A stretch of 64,000 bases of DNA. Source: Arenicellales bacterium. Lineage in GTDB: Bacteria; Pseudomonadota; Gammaproteobacteria; Arenicellales; JAHEKD01. A program made the position numbers and the translations under genes. Shown here piece after piece: positions 1-8,486 of the stretch; the first letter of the stretch is position 1, and each line of letters opens with the position of its first letter. The stretch spans positions 20,643 through 84,642 of the forward strand of contig CBDCFC010000047.1 in the NCBI GenBank assembly GCA_965215945.1. The letters run 5' to 3'. A model generated the notes under the pieces. It did not search any database. It was not told the origin of the DNA and worked only from the letters and a program-made list of their open reading frames with translations.

Positions 1-632
1 GTGTTAATGCCAAATTCAAATATAGCAAAGGTAGGACGACTAAAACTTTGATCTGTATCCAGAGCAAGATCAATCAGCGATTGAGCTGCAGATTCAATAT
101 TTTTGATTTCGCCATTACTCGAATCAAATTGATAATTGGCATCAATAATTGAATCATGGTCCAAATCCAATGGATAAAAAGATTCAATCTGATTAGTTAG
201 TTGTCCTTTTGTTAAAGATAAACAGCCAAGACCTCCAATTAAATTATTACTTTTGACCATCGAACTTTGGGTGTTAGTTGTTAGTTCAATAAGCTGAGTT
301 CTGTAACTGCTAACCAGACTGTAACCGTTCAGTGCAAAGTTGATTATTGTGATTGCAGCAGTGGCCTGTGAACTTTTGAATAGATGATTTAAATACGAAT
401 GATTTTTTGTCTCTGTTACTGGCAGTGAACTCAAATTAATTCCAGCAGTAATAGTTGCGAATTTTAGATCCGATTCAAGCACTGCTATCTCTTTGGCTTT
501 ATTAAAAAGTTTGGCCAGGTTGATTTGTTTGTTAAGAGACAAGCTTGATTGCAAAGCCAAAACCGAGCTAATACTGGTGAGTGTGATAGCGATCAATAAA
601 ACTAAGGTGATTGAGCCAGCTTGATTATTCAT
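1..632 (-). CDS. PilX-like type IV pilus minor pilin/assembly protein; the 3' end runs off the window
   Basis: I checked codon by codon that the minus-strand frame is open from the ATG (630-632) to the window edge, 210 codons with no stop. The N-terminus MNNQAGSITLVLLIAITLTSISSVLAL is a PilX-type hydrophobic segment. The start overlaps the stop of the upstream PilW-like gene. Confidence 0.5.
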   Translation of the reverse strand, partial: MNNQAGSITLVLLIAITLTSISSVLALQSSLSLNKQINLAKLFNKAKEIAVLESDLKFATITAGINLSSLPVTETKNHSYLNHLFKSSQATAAITIINFALNGYSLVSSYRTQLIELTTNTQSSMVKSNNLIGGLGCLSLTKGQLTNQIESFYPLDLDHDSIIDANYQFDSSNGEIKNIESAAQSLIDLALDTDQSFSRPTFAIFEFGIN

Positions 633-1455
633 CGATATTGGGCAGTTCGATAATCTTGGAAATAGCATAAGATGTATTGCTGAGCTTTATTTTTAATCGC
701 AAATAAATAGCAAAGACTTTTTTCCAATCGTTGACATCAGTTGCAGTTTTGAAGACTAATGTGTCGGCGCTTATTTGTTCTCCATAGCCAATTTTTAAGC
801 TCTCAATATTGTCCATCAGAGGCTCATTTCTTGGATTACCGGTTTTACTGAGATATTGGCGGTATAAAATCAGCTCGCCATCAACTTCTCTGATGTAATA
901 AATAATAGATTGCAGGGGATAGATCGCTGGGTTATTGGTAGTCAATGTCGAATTGAGACCACGTGTTACTTCTGCTATTGAACAGTTGGTAATATAAAAG
1001 ACACGTTGTGGTTGTGAACTTAAATTGTTAATGTTTGATTGATCGCTAATAACAGCAAACATAAGATATATCGCGTCGTTGTTATTTTGAATATTAGTAT
1101 TATCAAAGTATGGCGATGAAGGCAGCCATGTCCCGTTTTCTTGGCCGAGTAGCCAAGGATGAGCCAATCGATTCGCAATTGAAATGGGTTGTGCAAATAT
1201 CAAGTCGCGAATGTTTCTTTTATCCAAAAGGCAACCAGTTAATGCGGTTGATTTTATGTCTGACTCCAGCTGAGTTAATGATTGCCGAAGTTGATTGACA
1301 ATCCGGATGATCTTATCTTGATGTTGAATTGTTTTTAGCCCCATATTGTTGATCGAAACTACGGCCGCGATAATTAGCAAGGTCAGTGTCATTGAGACCA
1401 ACAATTCAACGAAAGTATGCCCATGGCAGTTTGAATCGCGACAAGTCATGGGCAT
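625..1455 (-). CDS. pilW: PilW-like type IV pilus minor pilin with a prepilin N-terminal cleavage/methylation motif
   Basis: 276-aa ORF. Its N-terminus, G/HTFVELLVSMTLTLLIIAAVV, has Glu at +5 after the Gly, followed by a hydrophobic helix. It overlaps both neighbouring pilin-like genes, which suggests an operon. Confidence 0.6.
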   Translation of the reverse strand: MPMTCRDSNCHGHTFVELLVSMTLTLLIIAAVVSINNMGLKTIQHQDKIIRIVNQLRQSLTQLESDIKSTALTGCLLDKRNIRDLIFAQPISIANRLAHPWLLGQENGTWLPSSPYFDNTNIQNNNDAIYLMFAVISDQSNINNLSSQPQRVFYITNCSIAEVTRGLNSTLTTNNPAIYPLQSIIYYIREVDGELILYRQYLSKTGNPRNEPLMDNIESLKIGYGEQISADTLVFKTATDVNDWKKVFAIYLRLKIKLSNTSYAISKIIELPNIDE

Positions 1456-1721
1456 TTACTTGCATGTTCAATTAAGCAACTCAACGATTCAAACTGAGGA
1501 TCAGAACTAATATTTACATACGTTTGCTTGAGTTTATTTAGTGTAAATAATTGCTGCTGCAATTGAATTTTTTGGAATTCAGTTAAATTTAAATTAGAAG
1601 ATGATTGGACGTGATGGAGAGTCTTGAATGATCCGACAGCCAGAATAGAAAGCAATAATAAACTAACTATGATTTCGGCCAGGGTAAATCCGAGCGAATG
1701 AGCAAAGTCCTTGTTATCCAT
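1446..1721 (-). CDS. Small type IV pilin-like protein with a prepilin-type N-terminal motif
   Basis: 91-aa ORF whose N-terminus, LG/FTLAEIIVSLLLLSILAVG, matches the G-FTLxE prepilin peptidase motif. It is the first gene of the minor-pilin cluster on the minus strand. Confidence 0.55.
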   Translation of the reverse strand: MDNKDFAHSLGFTLAEIIVSLLLLSILAVGSFKTLHHVQSSSNLNLTEFQKIQLQQQLFTLNKLKQTYVNISSDPQFESLSCLIEHASKCP

Positions 1722-1808
1722 ACACCACTTCCTTGTGATTTGAACTACATAATAATCCTACTTTTTTGCTAAGTCAAAATTGCCGGATTAATATTTCCCA
1801 ACAATTTA

Positions 1809-3323
1809 TTATGCGGCTGATTGTTGAATTTTAATTTTCCACTCGCTAGGGCCGCTTTGATGCACTGACTGACCATCACTGGATACAGCTACAGTAACCG
1901 GCATATCTTCGACTTCGAATTCGTGTATAGCTTCCATACCTAACTCTTCAAATGCGACCACACGCGAAGCGCGGATGGCTTTAGAAACAAGATAAGCCGC
2001 ACCGCCTACAGCTATCAAATAAACAGCTTTGTGTTTTTTGATGGCTTCGATAGCAACGGGCCCACGCTCGGCTTTGCCGACCATTCCTAGCAGGCCCGTT
2101 TCTTCCAGCATGAATTCGGTGAACTTATCCATTCGCGTCGAGGTGGTCGGGCCGGCAGGGCCTACTGCTTCATCTCTGACTGGGTCAACTGGCCCTACGT
2201 AATAAATAAAGTGATTTTTGAAATCAACATCTTCGGGCAGGCCTTCACCAGAAGTGATTAATTCATGAATGCGTTTGTGGGCGGCATCGCGTCCGGTTAA
2301 CAGTTTTCCCGATAAGAGCAAGGTTTCCCCGGGTTGCCAGCTTTGAATTTCCTCAGCCGTGATTTGATCAAGATTAACTCGTCTGGAGCTGGCCCCGGCA
2401 TCCCAAGTCACTTGCGGCCAATCCTCTAATTTAGGTGTGGGTAATTCAGCAATCCCGGAGCCATCCAAAGTGAAATGCACATGACGAGTGGCCGCACAGT
2501 TAGGAATCATTGCAACCGGTTTGGATGCAGCATGGGTAGGATAATCCAGAATTTTAATATCCAATACAGTGGTTAAACCACCAAGCCCTTGAGCACCGAT
2601 GCCCAGCGCATTAACCTTCTCGAATAATTCCAGGCGCAGCTCCTCAACACGGTTCTCCGGCCCCTTGGCTTTTAATTCCTGAATATTAATAGGGTCCATT
2701 AGCGACCGTTTAGCCAATTGCATTGCTTTTTCAGCGGTGCCGCCTATGCCAATGCCCAGCATCCCCGGGGGGCACCAACCGGCACCCATTGTTGGAACAG
2801 TTTTCAAAACCCATTCAACAATATCATCGCTTGGATTGAGCATAGTAAATTTCGATTTATTTTCTGAACCGCCACCTTTGGCTGCAACTGTAATATCAAC
2901 TTTATCTTCTGGCACCAGTGATGTATGAATTACGGCAGGCGTATTGTCTTTGGTGTTAATCCGTTTTCCGGCTGGATCAGCCAGAATAGATGCACGCAAT
3001 ACATTGTCAGGATGTAGGTAAGCCTGACGTACACCCTGGTTGATCATATCTTCAAGCGGTACTTCAGCATCCCATTGCACATCCATGCCGATGTCAACAA
3101 AAACAGTGACAATACCGGTATCCTGACAAATAGGGCGTTTGCCTTCGGCGCACATGCGCGAGTTAACCAAAATCTGTGCCATCGCATCCTTTGCCGCTTC
3201 GGATTCTTCCATTTGGTAAGCTTGGTACAAAGATTGGATATAATCCTGCGGATGGTAATAAGAAATATATTGCAACGAATCTGCAACACTTTGAATCAGG
3301 TCATCTTGTTTGATAATAGTCAT
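1809..3323 (-). CDS. fumA: Class I (Fe-S) fumarate hydratase
   Basis: The start was trimmed to MTIIKQDDLIQ (ATG at 3321-3323). The 505-aa protein carries class I fumarase signatures (RPICQDTGIVTVFVDIG, GGGSENKSK, GMLGIGIGGTAEKA). The longer 581-aa ORF in the track runs through a tRNA gene. Confidence 0.9.
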   Translation of the reverse strand: MTIIKQDDLIQSVADSLQYISYYHPQDYIQSLYQAYQMEESEAAKDAMAQILVNSRMCAEGKRPICQDTGIVTVFVDIGMDVQWDAEVPLEDMINQGVRQAYLHPDNVLRASILADPAGKRINTKDNTPAVIHTSLVPEDKVDITVAAKGGGSENKSKFTMLNPSDDIVEWVLKTVPTMGAGWCPPGMLGIGIGGTAEKAMQLAKRSLMDPINIQELKAKGPENRVEELRLELFEKVNALGIGAQGLGGLTTVLDIKILDYPTHAASKPVAMIPNCAATRHVHFTLDGSGIAELPTPKLEDWPQVTWDAGASSRRVNLDQITAEEIQSWQPGETLLLSGKLLTGRDAAHKRIHELITSGEGLPEDVDFKNHFIYYVGPVDPVRDEAVGPAGPTTSTRMDKFTEFMLEETGLLGMVGKAERGPVAIEAIKKHKAVYLIAVGGAAYLVSKAIRASRVVAFEELGMEAIHEFEVEDMPVTVAVSSDGQSVHQSGPSEWKIKIQQSAA

Positions 3324-3445
3324 GGTGATTGCTCGAATAAAATCGATATTTAGTTTAACAAAATAACAAATAAAAATTACTACATCTGACTGACTTGTAA
3401 AATAATCTCTCTTTGTGCAAATTAGTGAGTTAAAATCCATCCCAC

Positions 3446-3522
3446 GCGCCCGTAGCTCAGTTGGATAGAGTATCTGGCTTCGAACCAGGTGGTCGGGAGT
3501 TCGAATCTCTCCGGGCGCGCCA
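3446..3522 (+). tRNA. tRNA-Arg (anticodon UCG)
   Basis: 77-nt cloverleaf read by hand: acceptor GCGCCCG/CGGGCGC, D-arm GCTCAGTTGGATAGAGT, anticodon loop CTTCGAA, T-arm GGGAGTTCGAATCTCTC, CCA end. Confidence 0.9.
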
Positions 3523-3583
3523 CATTCATGTAAATGATCTCTCAGGAAGGACACTCAGATCAGCACACCAGTGCAGTAGCTAG

Positions 3584-3603
3584 GCTCTACAATATTAACG
3601 GGG
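3584..3603. repeat. Solo copy of the 20-mer GCTCTACAATATTAACGGGG
   Basis: It is identical to the unit that is tandemly repeated at 25899-25998. It directly abuts the break point of the IS5 transposase fragment. Confidence 0.8.
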
Positions 3604-3796
3604 GTTGGCAATACGGATTCTCCACCCAACGCTCTACCACCGACTCATTAAACGCATACTTCAAGTAATGTAAACCCACCAGCAGGCGTGTCGGTAACGG
3701 CGGCTGACCCGCACCAGCCGTGTACAACTCATCCATTTCTGACTCTAATCGCGACCAGTCAATCCGTTCGCTTAAGCGCACTAACGGATGCGACAT
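3587..3796 (-). pseudogene. IS5-family transposase, N-terminal fragment only
   Basis: The 69-aa ORF reads PLVRLSERIDWSRLESEMDELYTAGAGQPPLPTRLLVGLHYLKYAFNESVVERWVENPY, which is the typical IS5/InsH-type N-terminal domain. The reading frame breaks exactly where the 20-mer repeat begins. Confidence 0.6.
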
Positions 3797-3946
3797 ATTT
3801 AATAATTGGGCCGACTAGATAGGGACAAATTTGTCTTATCAACATATCAACGCGCCTATCTGACGAGATGGAAACAGGTGGACTCTTTGGGTTCCGATTT
3901 AGATAGATGCCTACACGTCCTTTTTTGCTCTTGATTTGCCTGACAA

Positions 3947-5470
3947 TCAACTTTTACTGACCAAATCGCCAAGAAACTTCGCAAACGGTACTATATTGCC
4001 GTTAACGCTTGCTTCTTCAAGGGACTGCATATAATCATTGTGCTGTTCTACCGGTATTACAGTCCACGGATATCCGCCCGAAGCTAGCATGGCATTCATC
4101 AAAAAACGTCCTATACGCCCGTTACCATCCATATAGGGATGAATATAGACAAAGACCCAGTATCCAAGTACGGCCCTGACACCTGCATGTTTTTCATTTC
4201 GTAACTGATCAAAAAAGTTAGGCATACAATCAAGCACAGCATCTTTGTTGAGTGGAACGTGCATTGAATTACGGATATAAACCTGGTTATTCCGGTAACC
4301 CGCAAGGTCGCTCACTTTCAAAATGCCTGCATCAACACTTGGGCCGAACAGAGCACGGTACCAGTCACCATGATCGTCAGAGACGACTTCTCCTGCATTT
4401 TGTTTTTCTAGGATTTTCTTGATACTTTCCTTAACCTCGTTAAAAGCCAGCCAATACCCACGGGCGGCCATCGCATCACGTTGTTCGTGGTCTGCCTGAT
4501 TATTATCGGGGTTCCATGATCCTTTCCTAACATGTTCAATGAATGCTTCACTAACTCGATATCCTTCAATAGACAAGGAATGGTAGGCATCTGTAACATA
4601 TATATCATCGACAGCTTTCAAGTATTTGTCTATATCCGTCGGAATACCAGGGGGGGACGGAAAGTGTTTGATGACGCTTTCACGCATGCTCTGCCAGCTC
4701 GCATATAAGCGATTAATATAGGCCGAACGTGTTCGTATCGGCAAGTTGATAGTTAAATCATATTCGAATGGATCGGATTCGTTTACAATGTAACCCGCAG
4801 CGCGCATTGCTTTTAATATGTTATCGGCTACCTTGCCACGTCCGATATTACGGAATGCCCCGGCAAGGCGACCAGCAATTGTGCTATGCCCGCCCTCTAA
4901 AAGTATAGTCAGCAACTCAGAAGCATCACGGATTGCTGTCAGGGCTGCTCGCGCATCAACCGGATATGAATGGAAAAATCTAACGCCGCTACCTACCAAT
5001 GCATGTGTTAGCTTAAATGTGCGTAAACCACCAACTTCTTCTAGGGCATCACGCTTAGCGACTTGGGCTCGAACTTCAAGAATAGATGTTCCATGTGTAA
5101 GATTAGTGATTTTATTACGGGCCTTCGGAGAGCGAATTAAAAGTTGCTTGGGTACAGTGCGGTTTCCGGCATGAATAAGGATTGACTGCTCAGGCGAAAG
5201 ACTCCACCCATCGCCAAAACGATGGTCCAGATAGGCAGCACAAAAATCCCAAAATGATGCGTACCAAGAGGTGGTTTCTCCATCACTTATCTCCTCTGGT
5301 CGTGACGGAATATACCAACCTTTAATGACTGGTTTAAGAAATCCATTTCGGGTGAGACGTTCTCGATGCCGTCTTGCCAATTCTTTAGATTGGATCGCTA
5401 CAACTCCTCTATCCTGGAGAGCTTTTAAAGCCTCTAAGGCTTCGGCGAGATGTTCTTGCGGACTGATCAC
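3947..5470 (-). CDS. Fic-domain protein (putative AMPylase) with an AbiEi-like N-terminal wHTH segment
   Basis: 507 aa with a GTG start preceded by the purine-rich GAGAAGAG. It has the Fic core HPYMDGNGRIGR, the inhibitory-helix motif SLSIEG ([ST]xxxE[GN]), and an N-terminus (GVVAIQSKELA...GFLKPVIKGWYIP) resembling AbiEi antitoxin N-domains. Confidence 0.85.
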   Translation of the reverse strand: MISPQEHLAEALEALKALQDRGVVAIQSKELARRHRERLTRNGFLKPVIKGWYIPSRPEEISDGETTSWYASFWDFCAAYLDHRFGDGWSLSPEQSILIHAGNRTVPKQLLIRSPKARNKITNLTHGTSILEVRAQVAKRDALEEVGGLRTFKLTHALVGSGVRFFHSYPVDARAALTAIRDASELLTILLEGGHSTIAGRLAGAFRNIGRGKVADNILKAMRAAGYIVNESDPFEYDLTINLPIRTRSAYINRLYASWQSMRESVIKHFPSPPGIPTDIDKYLKAVDDIYVTDAYHSLSIEGYRVSEAFIEHVRKGSWNPDNNQADHEQRDAMAARGYWLAFNEVKESIKKILEKQNAGEVVSDDHGDWYRALFGPSVDAGILKVSDLAGYRNNQVYIRNSMHVPLNKDAVLDCMPNFFDQLRNEKHAGVRAVLGYWVFVYIHPYMDGNGRIGRFLMNAMLASGGYPWTVIPVEQHNDYMQSLEEASVNGNIVPFAKFLGDLVSKS

Positions 5471-5489
5471 GATTAACTCTTCTCTTTTT

Positions 5490-5577
5490 AAAATTAGCTT
5501 ATTATGTTATATCAAAATTAGCTTATTGTGTAAAGTAAAATTAGCCTATTACGTGTTGTTTTAATTAGCTTATTATG
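5490..5577 (-). promoter_or_regulatory. Four phased 17-bp direct repeats (AAAATTAGCTTATTATG-like) over the Fic promoter region; putative operator array
   Basis: Copies start at 5490, 5514, 5537 and 5561, giving a spacing of 23-24 bp. They have 0-3 mismatches and lie 20-107 bp upstream of the Fic start codon. Confidence 0.45.
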
Positions 5578-5814
5578 CTCAATTTTGTCAGCTATAGTCC
5601 AAAGCTCCGTCTTAATATCAAGGGTTCAACAAGATAACTCAATCTACTGGGTCCAAGCCTAAGTCGGAGGAGAAAATACGTCGGTATCGTCGTAAGCGCA
5701 GACGTGACATGAGGCCAGCTCTAGATATAGCTCAGTTAGGTGATATTTCATTTGCCTATAGATAGATGTCCTGCTTTAAATCACCATCCAAAACAGTTAC
5801 AATCCCTCGCCTGC

Positions 5815-5891
5815 GCGCCCGTAGCTCAGTTGGATAGAGTACCTGGCTACGAACCAGGCGGTCGGGCGTTCGAATCGCTCCGGGCGCGCCA
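5815..5891 (+). tRNA. tRNA-Arg (anticodon ACG)
   Basis: 77-nt cloverleaf with the same acceptor and D arms as the first tRNA-Arg, anticodon loop CTACGAA, T-arm GGGCGTTCGAATCGCTC and a CCA end. Confidence 0.92.
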
Positions 5892-5900
5892 ATAAAATCA
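5844..5900 (+). repeat. attL-like 57-bp direct repeat (48 nt of the tRNA-Arg(ACG) 3' end plus 9 nt of flank)
   Basis: It matches 25786-25842 perfectly (TGGCTACGAACCAGGCGGTCGGGCGTTCGAATCGCTCCGGGCGCGCCAATAAAATCA). Confidence 0.75.
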
Positions 5901-6568
5901 AGTACTTACACCATTATTTTAATCCTAATCCAACTTCCTCTGGGTTTTATTTGGGTTAAAAACCGCTTAATTTCAATTCTTTTTATAACATTTTTTATCA
6001 CTTTGCCCCTATAAATACTAGCCACAATGGCCAAGGGCCAGGCCAAAAACCAGGTGGTCGAAACGGATGTATTTACATGTTTATTTACGGTGTATGAACG
6101 AGCAACTTCCAACTCGCCCTTAATACGCAATTCGGTCATTGTAAATAGCCAAAGACTACATAGTAAAACTCCAGAAACAGTCATTTTGGATTGTCAAAAA
6201 TTAATATTCAAATGCTCTTAAAAACGGATCGCGACCTCATCATTAATAGTGATGAATTCGTAATGATTTCTCGTATAGTTGTCTGCGATTGGTTTCAAAG
6301 TCGAAAAATTACTATGGTACAAACTTTTCCCAATGAATTTTTATGTATCAATAATTCGATGTAATACATATCAACTCTTTTGGGCGATGATCTGGGGAGG
6401 AGCCAGTTTGTTCAATAGTTTGGCTTTTTCCGAGAGAGTTCCTTCGCTACCTAATATATGGATTTACTAATATTTTCAGCGATTTATTCTAGTAACCCAG
6501 ACTATTAATCAACAACTTAGAGCAACTAATTGATTCGATTTTAAATTAAAAAATAATTTCTAATAGAT

Positions 6569-6584
6569 TGTGATTTTTATCACA
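6569..6584. promoter_or_regulatory. Perfect CRP-type palindrome TGTGA-N6-TCACA
   Basis: The sequence is TGTGATTTTTATCACA in the intergenic region, about 140 bp upstream of the first gene of the island operon. An extra TGTGA half-site lies at 6591. Confidence 0.45.
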
Positions 6585-6724
6585 GAATGTTGTGATGCCA
6601 TTGATTATCATCGCGTCGTTTTATTTCTGAACAAAACCTAATAATTTAACTTGACTGGGGTAGGTCGATGTTGATAATACCCCCCCCCAATACATTAATT
6701 TATTTTAATAGACAAGGTTTGACA

Positions 6725-7060
6725 ATGAAAAAAAGATTGCTAGCGGTGTTCATGGTGCTATCTAGTTTAAGTGTGCATGCCGATGTTTGGACACCTTATG
6801 TTTCTATTAGTCGATTTAAAAGTTACACACATAGCGATAACTTTTATGTGTTATCCGCAACCACATTGAGTGTGCCCGGTTGTTCGGACGCACAATGGTT
6901 GTATTTTAGAATTGATGAAAAAAATGGACAAACTGCCAGTCGGCTCAAGCAAGCGAAAGTGGTTGCTTTAGCCGCTCAAATGTCGGACAAGAAAATTAGG
7001 GCCTATGGTGATTGTTTTAATGCAAGTACATTTGAGGTCCATAGCTTTGACATTATGTGA
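6725..7060 (+). CDS. Small secreted protein of unknown function
   Basis: The start was trimmed to MKKRLLAVFMVLSSLSVHA/DV, a Sec signal peptide with an AxA-like cleavage site. The mature part has two Cys residues. It is the first gene of a tightly spaced same-strand cluster. Confidence 0.55.
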   Translation: MKKRLLAVFMVLSSLSVHADVWTPYVSISRFKSYTHSDNFYVLSATTLSVPGCSDAQWLYFRIDEKNGQTASRLKQAKVVALAAQMSDKKIRAYGDCFNASTFEVHSFDIM

Positions 7061-7084
7061 CGGGTCGAAGCGAGTTTGTACCCG

Positions 7085-7510
7085 ATGAAAAACTTACTAC
7101 GCATCCTTAGTATTTACCTGTTAGGAGTGTCGACAATTAATGCTGCAGATTCACTGCACGGTGCTAGCAATATTGTATTGTTACAGGCGGCTTGTCCTAC
7201 TGCCTGGGAAAAAGTCGACAAAGTATATGCAAAGCCGTCGTCCGTGCCCTGGGCGAATGAAACCGACCGGCAAAAGAACCTTGAATTTCAACGTAATTTT
7301 ATCTTGCAACAAACCAAGACCGGCTCACGGGATACAGATTCCGTCAGCCGGGATGTGATCACGGTATTAAGTGAATGTGTCAAACGCCATAATCTGGTGG
7401 TGCGGGCGGAATTCAATAAAACGATTGGTAAATTACCGGAGCTGAAAGAGCGTGTGGATATTACCCAGATTTTAATGCTGTTACTGTTGGATGATTCAGA
7501 TGAGAATTAA
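7085..7510 (+). CDS. Secreted protein of unknown function
   Basis: The start was trimmed to MKNLLRILSIYLLGVSTINA/AD (signal peptide). Its end overlaps the next gene. Confidence 0.55.
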   Translation: MKNLLRILSIYLLGVSTINAADSLHGASNIVLLQAACPTAWEKVDKVYAKPSSVPWANETDRQKNLEFQRNFILQQTKTGSRDTDSVSRDVITVLSECVKRHNLVVRAEFNKTIGKLPELKERVDITQILMLLLLDDSDEN

Positions 7511-7514
7511 TTAC

Positions 7515-7877
7515 ATGAATAAGGTGGGTTGTTTGGCGTTAACAGTGCTGTTAGGTGCCTGCGGCGGTGGGGGTTCAAGTAGTGGCGGTAGCAGTGCCGA
7601 TACCGATGTGACCCGCTGTATTCGTGCCGAATCTGTCGCTACGAATATAGATGTTTTCACCAGTAAAGCGCGATATACCAACACCTGCGATTTTGCCGTG
7701 AGTCTGGCTTACCGGACGGTTACCATAACAGTAGCAGGCCCAGTGACGGTAATACCGGGTGGTATGCATGAGGATTTGCTGGGTCGAATCGGTGCGGGCG
7801 AATTTATTGCTTGTCGCCCGCCGTCGCAGGGCACGAACAAAGGGGATTTGCCCAATCCAGAATTGGGCTGTACCTGA
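7515..7877 (+). CDS. Lipoprotein of unknown function
   Basis: MNKVGCLALTVLLGAC has the lipobox LGAC and is followed by a Gly/Ser linker (GGGGSSSGGSS). Confidence 0.6.
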   Translation: MNKVGCLALTVLLGACGGGGSSSGGSSADTDVTRCIRAESVATNIDVFTSKARYTNTCDFAVSLAYRTVTITVAGPVTVIPGGMHEDLLGRIGAGEFIACRPPSQGTNKGDLPNPELGCT

Positions 7878-7908
7878 TGATTATCGATGTAAAGTGAGTA
7901 CGGATTAA

Positions 7909-8472
7909 ATGAAAATAAAACTGTTAGTCATTATTTTAGCGGGTGCGTTTGTTGTTGCTAGTTCGTATTACGGGTGGCAAGCGAAACGGACCACTAAGGG
8001 TGCATTGGTACTCGATCAAAAGCATCAATATCTCGTTCGAACAACAGCAACTAATTCATCAGATGAAGACCGTTCAGTCACAGCGAAACCTGAACCTGAA
8101 ATTAAAAGCGATTTGGTCCAAAGTGGTACGGCCGAGTCATCCCTAGCAGAATTACCCATCGAACAGCGCAGCGAAAAACCGATCGATCACACGAGATACA
8201 AAGCCCAACACGCCTTGCCTGAAATACAGCCAGTCACGATGCCCAGTTCTGTGACGATGGCAAATTCACTGACATTGACGCAAATCAAAGCCCTTGACGT
8301 GGAGGATTTATCGCCGCCGACGATGATGAAAGGCGATGCATCCGGTGAAATCTCATCTGTAGGCGGTGCGTATTCAACCGATTCGGCTTATGAGGCACCA
8401 CTTAAAGTGATTGATTCGGTAAGCCGTCAAAGCGGAATTCCCGCCGCTGATTTGCAACAGGCTTTTGATTGA
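7909..8472 (+). CDS. N-terminally membrane-anchored protein, predicted to be largely disordered
   Basis: It has an N-terminal hydrophobic segment (KLLVIILAGAFVVASSYY), and the rest is low-complexity and Ser/Thr/Glu/Pro-rich. Its stop overlaps the next ORF. Confidence 0.5.
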   Translation: MKIKLLVIILAGAFVVASSYYGWQAKRTTKGALVLDQKHQYLVRTTATNSSDEDRSVTAKPEPEIKSDLVQSGTAESSLAELPIEQRSEKPIDHTRYKAQHALPEIQPVTMPSSVTMANSLTLTQIKALDVEDLSPPTMMKGDASGEISSVGGAYSTDSAYEAPLKVIDSVSRQSGIPAADLQQAFD

Positions 8473-8486
8473 GGGTTGATAAGCGT

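Noticed and set aside
1809-3554. The 581-aa ORF in the track, which extends the fumarase gene 77 codons upstream
   Set aside because: The extension reads straight through the tRNA-Arg(UCG) gene on the opposite strand. Fumarase homology starts at MTIIKQDD, so the CDS was trimmed to 1809-3323.
5906-6184. A 92-aa minus-strand ORF immediately after tRNA-Arg(ACG), where an island integrase would be expected
   Set aside because: It shows no integrase or other recognisable features, it lies in an AT-rich low-complexity region, and it has no RBS. I cannot support it as a gene.
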